This document shows, in pieces, positions 51,831 through 62,066 of a stretch of DNA of 64,000 bases. A program made the translations under genes and the position numbers. Numbering within the stretch: the stretch's first letter is position 1; each line of letters begins with the position of its first letter. This stretch comes from an uncultured Thermococci archaeon (GTDB taxonomy: Archaea; Methanobacteriota_B; Thermococci; Methanofastidiosales; Methanofastidiosaceae), in contig CAZCMP010000002.1 of the NCBI GenBank assembly GCA_964500005.1, positions 64,934-128,933 of the forward strand, in the 5' to 3' direction. A model generated the notes under the pieces. The model saw only the letters and a list, made by a program, of their open reading frames with translations, was not told the origin of the DNA and did not search any database.

Positions 51831-52007
51831 CTAATCCCTTACAACAGTTATTGGAATTACTCCCTTCTTCATTTCTTCTTGTGCAATTCTAATAGGGTCA
51901 AGGGTAGAAGTTTTAATTAATATAGGTGCACCTAAGGATATCTGAAGGGCTCTAGCCCCAATAATTCTAACTTTTTCATATTTTGTGTGATTCAACGACT
52001 CCACCAT
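51831..52007 (-). CDS. rpoK: DNA-directed RNA polymerase subunit K (Rpb6/omega homolog)
   Basis: 58-aa ORF below the ORF-track cutoff: MVESLNHTKYEKVRIIGARALQISLGAPILIKTSTLDPIRIAQEEMKKGVIPITVVRD. The KYE+ARLIGARALQIS.GAP core is the RpoK/Rpb6 signature. TAG stop at 51831-51833. Confidence 0.8.
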   Translation of the reverse strand: MVESLNHTKYEKVRIIGARALQISLGAPILIKTSTLDPIRIAQEEMKKGVIPITVVRD

Positions 52008-52082
52008 TGATGAATGAATGTAAAGGGATTATAAATTTTATTGTTATAAATAAAATTGGAGCATTTTTCTCAAAAGAAAAGA

Positions 52083-52493
52083 TTATTTACCTACCGTATT
52101 CTCCCCTTTTTTTATCTTATCTATGGTATCGTTAAATAGTTTAATGAACTTTTCTCTATCCTCGGCATTATAGGTTTGCATTATACTAATATGTATGGTA
52201 AGAATTTTTTCTAACACTTTAATATGTTCGTCGGCAGTTTTTATTGATTCGATTAAGTCTCTTGTTTTTCTAAGAAGAACATGCTGTGCGTATGAGAGCT
52301 TTGTTGCGACAAAGTATACCTTTGCCATACCTATCCTTCTATAATCAACTAATCCTATTGCCCTCATTATCTCAAGATATTTTACAGCGGTGGCTCTAGA
52401 CATGTTAAGATTATCGGCAATCTCTGAAGGAGTAGCGCCTATTTTTACACCTTTAAGATATTCTATAATGGCCTCTTCGGCATTTTCTTCCAT
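52083..52493 (-). CDS. Winged-helix (MarR/TrmB-like) transcriptional regulator
   Basis: 136 aa with an N-terminal HTH (ATPSEIADNLNMSRATAVKYLEIMRAIGLV). Confidence 0.55.
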   Translation of the reverse strand: MEENAEEAIIEYLKGVKIGATPSEIADNLNMSRATAVKYLEIMRAIGLVDYRRIGMAKVYFVATKLSYAQHVLLRKTRDLIESIKTADEHIKVLEKILTIHISIMQTYNAEDREKFIKLFNDTIDKIKKGENTVGK

Positions 52494-52965
52494 TGATGCT
52501 CACCACCAATATCTCTAACGTTAATATATATAAATGTTACTACTATCAGTATCCAAAAAAACTTATTTATTTTAAAGCAATAATCAAATTATTCCTGTTC
52601 ATTGAGTTTTAATTATTATAATAATGATAAATATAAATTAAATTTGAGATTGATTAATTATAAACTATCATTAATTATTTTATTTAATAACTACGTATTA
52701 AATAATAGTTGGTTTACTATTAACTTGATTTAAAGTTAAACCATATTGGTTATGGATATTAATATTCATGATTAAAATAATATTTCAAAATATTATTACT
52801 CGATGAGTAGAAACATTTATATACTATTGAATTACAATAATAATAAACAGTGATAAGAATGGAAAAAAAAATCAAATCTATTATTTCAATTATTATAATG
52901 ATTCCAATAATAATCTTAGACATCTTAATTAGGGGCGAAAAATCTAATTCATCTAAACTATTACA

Positions 52966-53394
52966 CTAATCCTTTATTTTCAAGGTTACTCTTTGAATAC
53001 TATTGCCTAAAGGACATTCGATTTTTTCTTTAATTGCAATGATGTGAAATTTATCACCAATTTTTATCCCGTCAGGAATACAAAAATCTTTGTATTGGCA
53101 TTTTTCACTACAAGAAAATGAGAATATTCCAGTTGCTCCTTCAATTGCAAACTTTTTAGGGATGGCGGCTTCAATTTGAGATTCTTTTACTTCGACTATT
53201 TTAACTCCTGAATCATGGATTTTACATGGATGCTCAATATTCCGTACAGAACATACAGTGTATATCCTTCCAGGCTTCAAGTTTTGAACGCATGTTTTAA
53301 AGAATCTACATTCCTTACATTCATTATCCCCCTTCCCTGCCACAAAAGAAAATCCAGGTTTTGCAAGATTTTTTGGAAGGAGGGTAAGTATCAA
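52966..53394 (-). CDS. UPF0179-family archaeal protein
   Basis: 142 aa with multiple conserved Cys (CKECRFFKTC...C...CSEKC...C). It overlaps the egsA end by 4 nt. TAG stop. Confidence 0.45.
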   Translation of the reverse strand: MILTLLPKNLAKPGFSFVAGKGDNECKECRFFKTCVQNLKPGRIYTVCSVRNIEHPCKIHDSGVKIVEVKESQIEAAIPKKFAIEGATGIFSFSCSEKCQYKDFCIPDGIKIGDKFHIIAIKEKIECPLGNSIQRVTLKIKD

Positions 53395-54431
53395 TCTATT
53401 ACCCCCGTAACTTTCGCAAGTTTAGTGGCCGCCCGTTCTGTAAGCCCACTCTCCCCAAGTATGGTGTACCTATCTCTAATCTTATGCGCCATTGTTAATG
53501 CTTTTATGATCTCTTTATCGGTGACGCCAAGCTCTTCAGCAGTTGTAGGAGCTTTTAGCTTTTCAAGGGCTTCCTTTATTGTTTTGTATTTGTCTTCTCT
53601 GTGAAGGTACATAGTCATTATAGATCCAATACCACACTGCTCACCGTGCATTGCAGGTTTTTCTGCAATCATGTCAAGTGCATGTGCAAATGCATGTTCT
53701 GCTCCTGAAGCAGGCCTAGAAGATCCTGCAATGCTCATAGCAACTCCTGAGGATATAAGTCCTTTCAAAACTTTTCTTGCAGATTCTTCTAATCCCTCTT
53801 TTATAACATCAGCATTATCAATAGTTACCTTTGCACTCATAGAAGACAAAGATGCTGCATGCTCACTATAATATTCCCCTTTCAATTTATGAGCTAGTTG
53901 CCAATCTAAAACAGCCGTGTAATTGGATATTAAATCAGCACATCCTGAAGCTATGAATCTATAGGGGGCCTGAGAAACTATCTTAGTGTCCGCTATTATG
54001 CCTATGGGTGGCTGCGCTTCAATTGACAGTTTTTTTTCACCGTCTCGAATTGATGCCCTAGAAGAAGCTATTCCATCGTGAGATGCAACTGTAGGATAGC
54101 TGATAAATGGAATAGAAATATTGAATGATGCTAGTTTTCCGACATCTATGACAGAACCTCCTCCAATTGAGATGAGTATGTCATATTTTCCTTTTTTCAA
54201 AAAATCTGAAACTGAATTTACTTCAGCCATTGATGCAATTTTTACTTCATGGTGCTCACAGTTTAAATCGTCAGATACCTTTTTACCTACAATCCCTCTT
54301 GTGACTGGATCGTCAAGAACAACAGGATTTTTGTATCCTAACTTCTCAACAGTTGTTTTAACTGAAGCCCACAGATCTGAGCCCATTACAACTATTCTTG
54401 AAAGATTGATAATATGGACAGGATTTTCCAT
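53391..54431 (-). CDS. egsA: sn-Glycerol-1-phosphate dehydrogenase [NAD(P)+]
   Basis: 346 aa with an iron-ADH/DHQS-like fold and a GGGSVIDVGK nucleotide-binding motif. The length and pattern match archaeal G1PDH. Confidence 0.8.
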   Translation of the reverse strand: MENPVHIINLSRIVVMGSDLWASVKTTVEKLGYKNPVVLDDPVTRGIVGKKVSDDLNCEHHEVKIASMAEVNSVSDFLKKGKYDILISIGGGSVIDVGKLASFNISIPFISYPTVASHDGIASSRASIRDGEKKLSIEAQPPIGIIADTKIVSQAPYRFIASGCADLISNYTAVLDWQLAHKLKGEYYSEHAASLSSMSAKVTIDNADVIKEGLEESARKVLKGLISSGVAMSIAGSSRPASGAEHAFAHALDMIAEKPAMHGEQCGIGSIMTMYLHREDKYKTIKEALEKLKAPTTAEELGVTDKEIIKALTMAHKIRDRYTILGESGLTERAATKLAKVTGVID

Positions 54432-54470
54432 AAGAATAACTATTTAATACTATTAATAAATCTTTTGAAT

Positions 54471-55295
54471 CTAAAAAAGAGAGGGTAACAAAGTATTTCT
54501 AAAGCCTGGTCCAAAGCCTAGTATAAAGATCAATACTTTTATAGATAAATAAAAGTTGTTCATCATAGATTCTGTAATCTTAAATTTATATTTAAAAAAT
54601 CTGAGTTCCTTTTCCTTAAAGTTTTCTTTTTCTTCCTTATATAAGGTATCAAGTAAATATATTACAATAAGTATCAATATTAATTTTAAAGGTATCATAA
54701 TTAAAGCAGTTCCCGTAAGATTTATCAAAAAAAGGGGCAATAAGTGTTCTTCGCCAAAGCCATAATAATCAATAGCAATAAAAGTTGCACATCCATCAAG
54801 CAAATGCCCAAATAAGATAGAGATGTTCTCAAATTGCTTTAAGGGTTTGTAAAATAAAGGAGATAAGAAATAAACTGCCAAAGTTATCCCAAGAGCCATA
54901 GAAATAGGAACTATGGCCCTCAAAGGATGATTGAAAAAAGGAATTAACTTAATTAAAAAATAAATCATTCCAATAAATCCAACTGCAAAAGTAAGTTTCC
55001 AATATGACAAAATATTCTTGTTTTCAAGTTGGAATCCAATTAATATCGAAATGAATGCAAGAACAAATGTAATTACATATACGCCAGGCGTAATATTCCA
55101 AAGTTTTGACCTTTCATAAAAACCAACATCAGCCAATACTCTTATTGCTATGGCCATTATCATATAGGGAGAGATTGCAATTATAAAGTTCTTATCTATT
55201 TTTATTTTATTGAAAAGAAATTTCAATGCAAGGGCCAATAAAACTAAAAGAATTCCGATATAGATGACATAGTCTTGAGGCTGGTATACTCCCAT
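54471..55295 (-). CDS. Polytopic membrane protein (DUF63-like)
   Basis: 274 aa, 7-8 TM, with the conserved segment GHLLDGCATFIAIDYYGFGEEH. Confidence 0.4.
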   Translation of the reverse strand: MGVYQPQDYVIYIGILLVLLALALKFLFNKIKIDKNFIIAISPYMIMAIAIRVLADVGFYERSKLWNITPGVYVITFVLAFISILIGFQLENKNILSYWKLTFAVGFIGMIYFLIKLIPFFNHPLRAIVPISMALGITLAVYFLSPLFYKPLKQFENISILFGHLLDGCATFIAIDYYGFGEEHLLPLFLINLTGTALIMIPLKLILILIVIYLLDTLYKEEKENFKEKELRFFKYKFKITESMMNNFYLSIKVLIFILGFGPGFRNTLLPSLF

Positions 55296-55326
55296 AAAAC
55301 GACACTAAGTAACTAATTAAAAAGCT

Positions 55327-57417
55327 TTATGGTTTTTGCCTTAGTACGTCAACCATCTTCTGATATATTTCTTTTTCTTTGCCTTCAGTTGTTTTTGAAA
55401 GTCTTTCAACAATTAATTCAGGAGTGCTTTTTCCAGCTCTGTAGAAGATAGGTTGTCTATCAACAATCAATTCTAATGATTCGTCCAATCCTTTTGCCTC
55501 TATACCATCCACTCTCATGTCTTCTGGTAACTTGCCTTCTATTGATTTAATGGATGAAAGAATATCTTCGCCAAGATGCGTAACTATTACACACAAAGTA
55601 TTTGAACTTCTCAAAAAATTCAAGAACGTTCCAATTATTCTTGCAGCTGAGCCAGGTTCAGTAATGGCTTCTAATTCATCGATTAATAGTAATCTCTTTT
55701 TTTCTTGGATTGCAAGTGGTACAAGTCGTTTTAGGCTAGTTTCAAATGCCCCTCTTGACTCCCCCCTATGTTTTGATAAGAATCCTATCTCTTCAAAAAT
55801 AGAAGTATGGGCATCTTCAGCTGGGACTAAGAATCCCATTTGAAAAAGAATTTGGAATGTAAGTACCATTTTCAATAGAGTGGTTTTACCTCCTGAGTTG
55901 GCACCTGTTAGCACAATAACATTTTCATTTCCTGAGATGCTATCCCCGGTACTACCGATTTTATAATCAATAGGAATTGGATTTTGGATTAACACGTTTT
56001 TACCTTTTCTAAAGCTTAATCCTTTATCCGATATATTTGGCATTGAGAGATTTTTTTCAACGGCGAATCTCCCCATTGCAACAAAAAAATCAATATCATA
56101 GCATTCTTCTACCCTCTGATTTAAAAAATCCCAGAGTTCTGCTATATCCATCATCTCTTTTTTAATTTCAAATTCTCGCTTAGATATTTCTTTCCTAATA
56201 TTATCTTTAATTTCAAATAACTCATTTCTATTTGCTTCTATTGGGAAAGAAACTTCTTCAGAAAATAGCTCTGAAAAATCTACTCCAATTTTTTGATTCA
56301 GCCCATCTACTGATTCTTTCAGTATACTTTTATACGCTTCTTGAAGTTGTTTGGGTATATAACTCTGAAAAGCTTTCAAGGGATCAGAATTTTTTATGTC
56401 TGAAAGCATCGATAATATATCCTTACCCGCTATACCCACATCCTGAGTTTCAATAATCTTAGAAAATCTTTCATTGATATCTTTCTCTATTATTTTTACC
56501 ATTTCGTCAAGGTTTAATCCTTGTTGTAGCTTGTTAAGTCTTTCATCTGGAAAATTTCCTTTAGAAAAGGAGTCAACTCTATCAAAGATTTTTTCAAGTT
56601 TTTGAACATAATCAAATAATTTAGCACCATCATCTTTGGCAATCCCTCTACTATTTTTGATATCGAAAAGGACTTTGTAGATGCCAAGTATTAGTTTTAT
56701 TTTTTTAGCATTTTCAATAAAACCCTCAATATAGAGCTCAGGGACAATGTTTCTAATTGAAAAATCATTTATATTAATTGAAAAGTCAGATATTTCAGAA
56801 AGAGTATCGTAGAGTGCTGAATCTTTACCAAACAAATAGAATATTAAAGGGTAGTCCTCTCTAATCCCTCTTGTCTCATGAGGGGAAGAAATATATATTG
56901 AATCATAATATTCTGATTTTATTTTAGTTAAAACTTCCTCGTCATCAGTTACTACTACCCTATCCCTAAATTTTTTGAGGTGAGGTATCTTCAAATCAGA
57001 TATGCCCTCTAAATAACCTAAGAGAGTACTAATTTCCTCTTGGGTTAATTCTTCTACAAACATTTTTGCTTTGTAACAATAGTTTAATCTCTTTAAAATT
57101 AAATCCTTATCCTTCAAAGGCATGTAAAGATTAAACCTATTCCTTGATCTCTCAGTTTTAGGATAATTTATAAGGATAGAAATTATTTCTTCATAAATTT
57201 CCCAAGCGTCGCCGAAAAGTATATCCTCATATTTCTTACCAGTTAATTTTTCAAATGTTTCTTTTTGAATTTGCAATATCTTTTTTTTACCAAATCCCGG
57301 GATCTTTAACAATTTTTCAAGTTCTAGCTTTTCTATTATGTTTTTTAATTCACCTTCGCTATAATATTCCAATGCCTTTTCAAAACCTTTTTCTCCGAGG
57401 ATTTGGCCAATATCCAT
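55327..57417 (-). CDS. mutS2: MutS2-family ATPase (MutS domain V, no Smr domain)
   Basis: 696 aa with a C-terminal ABC-type ATPase (Walker A GANSGGKTTLLKMV; signature and Walker B LLLIDELEA). Confidence 0.7.
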   Translation of the reverse strand: MDIGQILGEKGFEKALEYYSEGELKNIIEKLELEKLLKIPGFGKKKILQIQKETFEKLTGKKYEDILFGDAWEIYEEIISILINYPKTERSRNRFNLYMPLKDKDLILKRLNYCYKAKMFVEELTQEEISTLLGYLEGISDLKIPHLKKFRDRVVVTDDEEVLTKIKSEYYDSIYISSPHETRGIREDYPLIFYLFGKDSALYDTLSEISDFSININDFSIRNIVPELYIEGFIENAKKIKLILGIYKVLFDIKNSRGIAKDDGAKLFDYVQKLEKIFDRVDSFSKGNFPDERLNKLQQGLNLDEMVKIIEKDINERFSKIIETQDVGIAGKDILSMLSDIKNSDPLKAFQSYIPKQLQEAYKSILKESVDGLNQKIGVDFSELFSEEVSFPIEANRNELFEIKDNIRKEISKREFEIKKEMMDIAELWDFLNQRVEECYDIDFFVAMGRFAVEKNLSMPNISDKGLSFRKGKNVLIQNPIPIDYKIGSTGDSISGNENVIVLTGANSGGKTTLLKMVLTFQILFQMGFLVPAEDAHTSIFEEIGFLSKHRGESRGAFETSLKRLVPLAIQEKKRLLLIDELEAITEPGSAARIIGTFLNFLRSSNTLCVIVTHLGEDILSSIKSIEGKLPEDMRVDGIEAKGLDESLELIVDRQPIFYRAGKSTPELIVERLSKTTEGKEKEIYQKMVDVLRQKP

Positions 57418-57965
57418 TAACGTCTGTACCCCCTTGCAAATTCGCCGTTAACTCCTAGGACTCCCTCATTAAACTTGAATAAGTCGCTAGTTGAATTTGG
57501 TAGATTGTCTGCTTTTTCTTGATCAGTTATTATTGCTCCGTGTGAAACTAATTTTTTATCGCCGATTTTTACACCTACAACTATTGCACCGTGACCTATA
57601 AAGCATTCCTTTCCTATCTCTGAGCCGTGAATTACGGCTCTAAATCCCACAAATGAGTTGTCTCCAATTTTAGTGGGTCCGTGAATAACTGCACCGTGTG
57701 CTATTGAAGTTTTTTTACCGATTTCAACTGAGGTGTGTTCTAAAGCGTGAACAATCACTCCGTCCTGTAAATTGCTCTCGTCTCCAATGATTAATGGGGT
57801 ACCTTCATCTGCCCTCAAAGATACAAAAGGTGCTACATAAACCCCTTTTCCTATTCTAACATCCCCAATTACTGAAGACATTTCATCACAAAAACTTTCT
57901 TTATCGATATTTGGATATCTACACTCCTTATTAAAGGAACAAGATGGATTTTCTTTTATTGGCAT
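57417..57965 (-). CDS. Gamma-carbonic-anhydrase-like / left-handed beta-helix hexapeptide protein
   Basis: 182 aa with repeated hexapeptide units rich in His (VHALEH, AHGAVIHG, VIHGSEIG, IGHGAIVVG) and a Cys-containing N-terminal segment. Its start overlaps the mutS2 end by 1 nt. Confidence 0.65.
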   Translation of the reverse strand: MPIKENPSCSFNKECRYPNIDKESFCDEMSSVIGDVRIGKGVYVAPFVSLRADEGTPLIIGDESNLQDGVIVHALEHTSVEIGKKTSIAHGAVIHGPTKIGDNSFVGFRAVIHGSEIGKECFIGHGAIVVGVKIGDKKLVSHGAIITDQEKADNLPNSTSDLFKFNEGVLGVNGEFARGYRR

Positions 57966-57969
57966 AGTC

Positions 57970-59040
57970 TCACCTTAAAGATTTTTCATATTTAAATGAT
58001 ATATAACATGCTCCTTCTCTGGAAACCATACACGGACCTTTTGGAGTTCTAGGCGTACATATATTTCCAAATAATGGGCATTCACTAGGAATTTTTTCTG
58101 CTCTTAAAACTTCTGGGCAACTACAACCTTTTTCTTCAGGGATGTCTTCTATCCCTATATTAAATTCTTTATAAGCATCCTTGTCGGAAAACTCCTTTCT
58201 TAACGAGAGCCCTGAACCAGGAATAATAGGAAATCCTCTCCATTTAATATCACAAGGCTCAAATACCTTTTTCATGAATTCTTTCGCTTTAGTATTGCCT
58301 TCTGCCCTTACACCTCGGATGTATTCATTTTCAACTTCTGCTCTTTTCTCTTTAATCTGTTTCAATAAAAGGTAAATCCCCATAAGAATATCATTAGGCT
58401 CAAATCCACATATAACTTGTGGAACTTTAAATTTTTTAGAGATAGACTCATACGGTTTTGTTCCAATTATTGTGGATACATGCCCCGGATCTATAAATCC
58501 CGAGATGTTTACTTTTCCGCTACTAAGCAATAAATCCATAGCGGGGGGGATAACTCTATGCGCAGATAAAACGTAAAAATTATCTGGAGAATTAAGAACA
58601 GAAACTGCAGTTGTCGGGCATGTTGTTTCAAATCCAATTGCAAAATGGACTATTTTTTTATAGGGATTTGATAGAGCAAGATTAATTGAATCGTTAATAC
58701 TGTATACCAATCTAACATCAAGCCCCGAAGCTTTTGCATCTGACAGTGAATGCTTTGAAGGAACTCTTATCATATCCCCATAAGTAGTTAATATCGCACC
58801 CTTTTCGGCTATTTTGACGGCGGCCTCTATCTCGCCTTGTGTAGTGACACAAACAGGGCATCCTGGCCCAGAAATAACTTGAACGTTTTTCGGTAATAAT
58901 GCTCGAATGCCATAATGAGTAATCACATGCTCATGAGTTCCGCATACATGGCATAACTTTACTTCGCCTAAATTTTTCGAAGTTTCAGATATTTTTTTTA
59001 TTATTACATCTGAAGCGCTTCTATCTTTATATAAATCCAC
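57970..59040 (-). CDS. hypD: [NiFe]-hydrogenase maturation factor HypD
   Basis: 356 aa with CHVCGTHEH, GPGCPVCV and C-terminal CxxxC...CPxxG motifs. Confidence 0.9.
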   Translation of the reverse strand: MDLYKDRSASDVIIKKISETSKNLGEVKLCHVCGTHEHVITHYGIRALLPKNVQVISGPGCPVCVTTQGEIEAAVKIAEKGAILTTYGDMIRVPSKHSLSDAKASGLDVRLVYSINDSINLALSNPYKKIVHFAIGFETTCPTTAVSVLNSPDNFYVLSAHRVIPPAMDLLLSSGKVNISGFIDPGHVSTIIGTKPYESISKKFKVPQVICGFEPNDILMGIYLLLKQIKEKRAEVENEYIRGVRAEGNTKAKEFMKKVFEPCDIKWRGFPIIPGSGLSLRKEFSDKDAYKEFNIGIEDIPEEKGCSCPEVLRAEKIPSECPLFGNICTPRTPKGPCMVSREGACYISFKYEKSLR

Positions 59041-59264
59041 TAATAATCCTCCTCAGATTTAAGGAGTTCTTTCCAGATGTCCAATGATTCTAAAGCATCC
59101 TTTTCGTCCATTTTCTCAATGGCAAAACCAGTGTGTACAATGACATAATCGCCAATTTTGACATCTACAAGATCCAATCTTACCTCTCTTTTAACACCAT
59201 TGAAATCTACGATGCCAATAGTATTGTTTATTTCTATCACTTTACCGGGAACTGCAAGGCACAT
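59040..59264 (-). CDS. hypC: [NiFe]-hydrogenase maturation factor HypC
   Basis: 74 aa with the N-terminus MCLAVPGKVIEI, the invariant Cys2 of HypC. It overlaps the hypD start by 1 nt. Confidence 0.85.
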   Translation of the reverse strand: MCLAVPGKVIEINNTIGIVDFNGVKREVRLDLVDVKIGDYVIVHTGFAIEKMDEKDALESLDIWKELLKSEEDY

Positions 59265-59528
59265 AATTAATACCTAATTATATTGGTTAAAAAGTCTTTC
59301 TTTAGTATGAATTAAGTTTATTTATTATTGTCTTAAAATACATTATAAAGATTCTAATATTGATTTACTATTCTAAAAAATTTATATTAACAAATCTTTA
59401 TTTAATATTAATTATTATATAAAAACTAATATTCTTTAAACTATTTTAGCATATGATTATATTTCAAAACGTATAAAGTTATATATATTCATTATCTAAT
59501 AACTATAGCAACATACAAAAATGTTGAG

Positions 59529-60221
59529 TTGGTGAAATATATGGAAGAAGGTAAAGAACAAATTATTATGCCTTTGATAGGAGACGACGCTCCTAGATTT
59601 AAGGCAAAGACAACTATGGGGGAGATAAACTTCCCAGAAGATTATAAGGATAAGTGGGTAATATTATTCAGCCATCCTGCAGATTTTACACCAGTATGTA
59701 CAACTGAATTTATGACATTTGCGTCGATGCAAAATGATTTCAAAAAATTAAATTGTGAGTTAATAGGATTATCTATAGACAGTATTTATGCTCACATAGC
59801 TTGGTTAAGAACAATCAAAGAAAAAATTGAATACAAAGGCATGAAAAATATAGAGGTAACTTTTCCCGTTATAGAAGATTTACGTATGGATGTTGCTAAA
59901 AAATTTGGAATGGTCCAGCCTAATGCATCTACCACACAAGCGGTAAGGGCAGTATTCATAATGGATCCCAAAGCAAAAATTAGGGCAATTCTTTACTACC
60001 CTTTATCAAATGGAAGAAATATGGATGAAATCAAAAGATTACTTACTGCAATGCAAAAATCTGACAAAGAACAAATTGCTACTCCGGCCAATTGGCAACC
60101 TGGAGACGACGTTATAATTCCACCACCAGGATCATGCGGAACTGCAAAAGAAAGAGTAGAGAAAAAGGAAGAAGGCAAATATTGTCTTGACTGGTTTATG
60201 TGCTTTAGAAAGGCAAAATAA
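59529..60221 (+). CDS. Peroxiredoxin (Prx6/1-Cys-like thiol peroxidase)
   Basis: The peroxidatic motif FTPVCTTE is present. The true start is probably the internal Met (MPLIGDDAP, about 59568). Confidence 0.85.
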   Translation: MVKYMEEGKEQIIMPLIGDDAPRFKAKTTMGEINFPEDYKDKWVILFSHPADFTPVCTTEFMTFASMQNDFKKLNCELIGLSIDSIYAHIAWLRTIKEKIEYKGMKNIEVTFPVIEDLRMDVAKKFGMVQPNASTTQAVRAVFIMDPKAKIRAILYYPLSNGRNMDEIKRLLTAMQKSDKEQIATPANWQPGDDVIIPPPGSCGTAKERVEKKEEGKYCLDWFMCFRKAK

Positions 60222-60488
60222 ACTAGACAAAATAATTTATTTTTTTTATTATTTTGAATAAAGCTATATTATACATAAGCAAAAGCAATTACATAGTTAT
60301 GCCCATAATACTCAGAACATTTTGTGTATAAGATTGTCAATTTGTAATTCTTATTATCCCATTTTTATAAGGATTTTGGATAAGGCAGATATTAATTTTT
60401 TTATTTGTAATGATTAATAATACTAATTTATTATTCATCTTTTTTTAATTGACAATAATATTATAAATGTGGGAATGAAAAACTAACT

Positions 60489-61241
60489 ATGGCAAAATGG
60501 TACGAAGAATTATTTGATAATTATTCAAAGACATATGAAAATGAGGTATTTACTAAAGGTACAATAGGTGAAATTGATTTCATTGAAAAGGAAATTAATT
60601 ACAACAAATCAATCAAGATCTTGGATATTGGATGTGGTACAGGGAGACATTCAATTGAACTTGCAAAAAGAGGATATGATATAACTGGAATTGATTTGTC
60701 TGAATGCATGTTAGAAATGGCAATGAAAAAAGCTAAGGAAGCCAATTTCAAAGTTAAATTTATTAAAGCAGATGCAAGAAAATTAAAATTTAAAAAAGAG
60801 TTTGATCTTGCACTTATAATCTGTGAAGGTGGGTTTGCATTGATGGAAACAGATGAAATGAACTTTATGATTCTTAAAAGTGCTAGAAAATCTCTAAAAG
60901 AAGGTGGAAAATTAATACTCACTACATTAAATGGACTTTTTCCATTATTCCATTCAGTTAAAGATTTTATTAACTCTAACTCTACTAAGGATATAAGTCA
61001 CGAAAACACTTTTGATTTAATGACTTTTAGAGATAAATCTACACTCGAGGTTAACGATGACGATGGCAATACTAAAAAAATCAAATGTGATGAAAGATAT
61101 TATGTTCCTTCGGAGATAACATGGTTATTAAAATCTCTAGGATTTGTAAAAGTGGATATATATGGTTGTAAATTAGGCGCATTTAGTAGAAATGACAAAT
61201 TAACAACTGAGGATTATGAAATGTTAGTAATCGCAGAATAA
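60489..61241 (+). CDS. Class I SAM-dependent methyltransferase
   Basis: 250 aa with motif I ILDIGCGTGRHSIELAKRGYDITGIDLSE. Confidence 0.7.
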   Translation: MAKWYEELFDNYSKTYENEVFTKGTIGEIDFIEKEINYNKSIKILDIGCGTGRHSIELAKRGYDITGIDLSECMLEMAMKKAKEANFKVKFIKADARKLKFKKEFDLALIICEGGFALMETDEMNFMILKSARKSLKEGGKLILTTLNGLFPLFHSVKDFINSNSTKDISHENTFDLMTFRDKSTLEVNDDDGNTKKIKCDERYYVPSEITWLLKSLGFVKVDIYGCKLGAFSRNDKLTTEDYEMLVIAE

Positions 61242-61387
61242 TATATACAAATAAATATTAGATAAATTTAAAAATAGGTTAATTAAATCTTTTATGGGGG
61301 AAGGTATTATTTCAGCCATATCGCCAGTATGCTTTTTATTACCTTCTCCTTCAAAATCTTTAAATAGAAATTATTACTTTTTCTTTT

Positions 61388-62032
61388 ATGAATATTTGCG
61401 TTATAACAGATATACACGGAAAAAAAAGTTCTTTAAAGAAATTATTTGATTCTGTTGCTATCAAAGAATTTGATCTCTTACTTTGTTGTGGCGACATTAC
61501 TTCTTTTGGAGGAAAAAACGAAGCAAAAGAATTATTAGAAATAATACCAAAAATACCATTCTATACTGTTTTTGGAAACTGTGATAAAGATGAGGTAAAA
61601 GACTATATATCTTCAGAAGGCATTTCACTTCATGAAAACGAATTTAAAATAGGGGAGTATTCAATAGGTGGATTTGGGGGCTCAAACAAATCTCCTTTTG
61701 ACACTCCTTCCGAGTATGAAGAATCTGAAATAATGGCTGGCCTCTCTAAACTTTCTTATCTAAACATGATTCTTGTAACCCATGTCCCCCCTTATGGAAC
61801 TAAATTGGATAAAATTGGAGATAATAAATTCATAGGAAGCACATCAGTTAGGGCAATTATCGAGAAAATGCAGCCTTTAGTTGCCATTTCTGGACATGTT
61901 CATGAATCTAGAGCAATTGATATGATAGGTAAAACTAGTTTATTAAATCCTGGTCCATTGAAAGATGGTTATTATGGCGTAATAGAAATAAAGAAAAATG
62001 AAGTTAAAGTCAAATTAAAGCAAATATATTGA
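61388..62032 (+). CDS. Calcineurin-like metallophosphoesterase (YfcE/MJ0936-like)
   Basis: 214 aa with the metal-ligand motifs DIHG, GDIT, GNCD, and the GHVH region. Confidence 0.7.
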   Translation: MNICVITDIHGKKSSLKKLFDSVAIKEFDLLLCCGDITSFGGKNEAKELLEIIPKIPFYTVFGNCDKDEVKDYISSEGISLHENEFKIGEYSIGGFGGSNKSPFDTPSEYEESEIMAGLSKLSYLNMILVTHVPPYGTKLDKIGDNKFIGSTSVRAIIEKMQPLVAISGHVHESRAIDMIGKTSLLNPGPLKDGYYGVIEIKKNEVKVKLKQIY

Positions 62033-62066
62033 ATATATTTAAATATAGATAAAATAAATTAATTGC

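Noticed and set aside
57970-59040. Selenocysteine (in-frame TGA) in hydrogenase-related genes
   Set aside because: hypD and hypC are continuous ORFs with Cys at the conserved positions. There are no in-frame TGA codons or SECIS-like hairpins.
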